Positions 63,360-64,000 of a stretch of DNA of 64,000 bases are shown here, piece by piece. The translations under genes were made by a program, and so were the position numbers. The notes below the pieces were generated by a model that was given only the letters and a program-made list of their open reading frames with translations, ran no database searches and was not told the origin of the DNA. Position 1 is the first letter of the stretch. Each line of letters opens with the position of its first letter. Where the stretch lies: positions 34,970,001-35,034,000 of the forward strand of contig OZ076409.1 in the NCBI GenBank assembly GCA_964187785.1, read 5' to 3'. This DNA comes from Amphiscolops sp. MND2022. Lineage: Eukaryota.

Positions 63360-64000
63360 AGAGGCGAAGCCGTGCTTCGCAAACAATTGCGCAGAAGGTT
63401 GCGAACTTTTGAAGAAAACCAAATAAGCAAAATCATACGGAGAACCAAGTGTAAAATGACAGTTAAAATTTCATCAATTTTACAGCGCCAAAAAATACCC
63501 GAAGGGATACGCATAAATCTCGAAAACCATTCTTCCCCAACTGGAAACAGCAAAAAATTCATCTTTCTCAACCGGAAACATTTAAAAAAAATAATAAGGA
63601 AAAAAATTCGAAATTCTTCGAAAAAATTTTTGAAGGTCTCCGGTAACTTGCATAGTGCCGAAAACCTTGAGCAGTCCTTTATGCTCGCAAAACGTTTCAT
63701 TTTAAGTAAAAATTGAGGTGGGGGCTTCGATGAAAGCAAATTTAAAAAGTAGCATAGAAAAAACGCCTGTCTTTAAAAAAAAAACAAAATTCGGATATAG
63801 CGTGCTGGGCCTCAGAAAACCTAATTCCAAGACAAAAATTATTCATTTTGAAATTTCTCACAATGCCGAAAACTGTAAAAGGGGGCCCTTTGAGATTTTT
63901 TAACAACCATTCTGTTGCAAAATTTCAAAAAAAATTGAAGTGGAACCCATTGGAGTCTTTGAAAAATTTTCGAAAAAAAAACAAAAAAACGAGAATTTTT
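63360..64000. mobile_element. HINE-like repeat fragments in an Epac intron
   Basis: Hairpin GCGAAGC-CGT-GCTTCGC at 63364-63380, plus GCATAGTGCCGAAAA and AAAAGGGGGCCCTTT motifs shared with 57935-58647. Confidence 0.45.

Overview
AT-rich, intron-containing eukaryotic DNA, most likely an invertebrate animal, and dominated by decayed transposable elements. Host genes: (i) the 3' nine exons of an Epac/RAPGEF4-type cAMP-activated Rap GEF (minus strand, 60154-63264, continuing beyond the window); (ii) a 4-exon GT31 beta-1,3-galactosyltransferase-like gene (plus strand, 39719-44371) whose last coding exon is tandemly duplicated (45438-45858); (iii) three exons of a gene with a GST-N-like domain (minus strand, 8342-9414), cut at exon 3 by an ORF-bearing solo-LTR-like element. 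Mobile elements: a full-length but decayed Gypsy/Ty3 element with both LTRs and a GTGGT TSD (49991-56030), three further Gypsy fragments, a chimeric BEL/Pao element built from two families (11494-~19613), LINE endonuclease fragments, a decayed Penelope-like element with a degenerate hammerhead motif, several DINE-1/HINE-like elements, and a ~9.3 kb foldback-like complex holding a near-identical 2.6 kb duplication and a 34-bp hairpin. There is one 200-N assembly gap. I found no convincing novel multi-gene system. The best leads are the ORF-carrying LTR, the disrupted GST-like gene, the duplicated terminal exon and the foldback/hairpin complex. All identities and family calls were made by eye.
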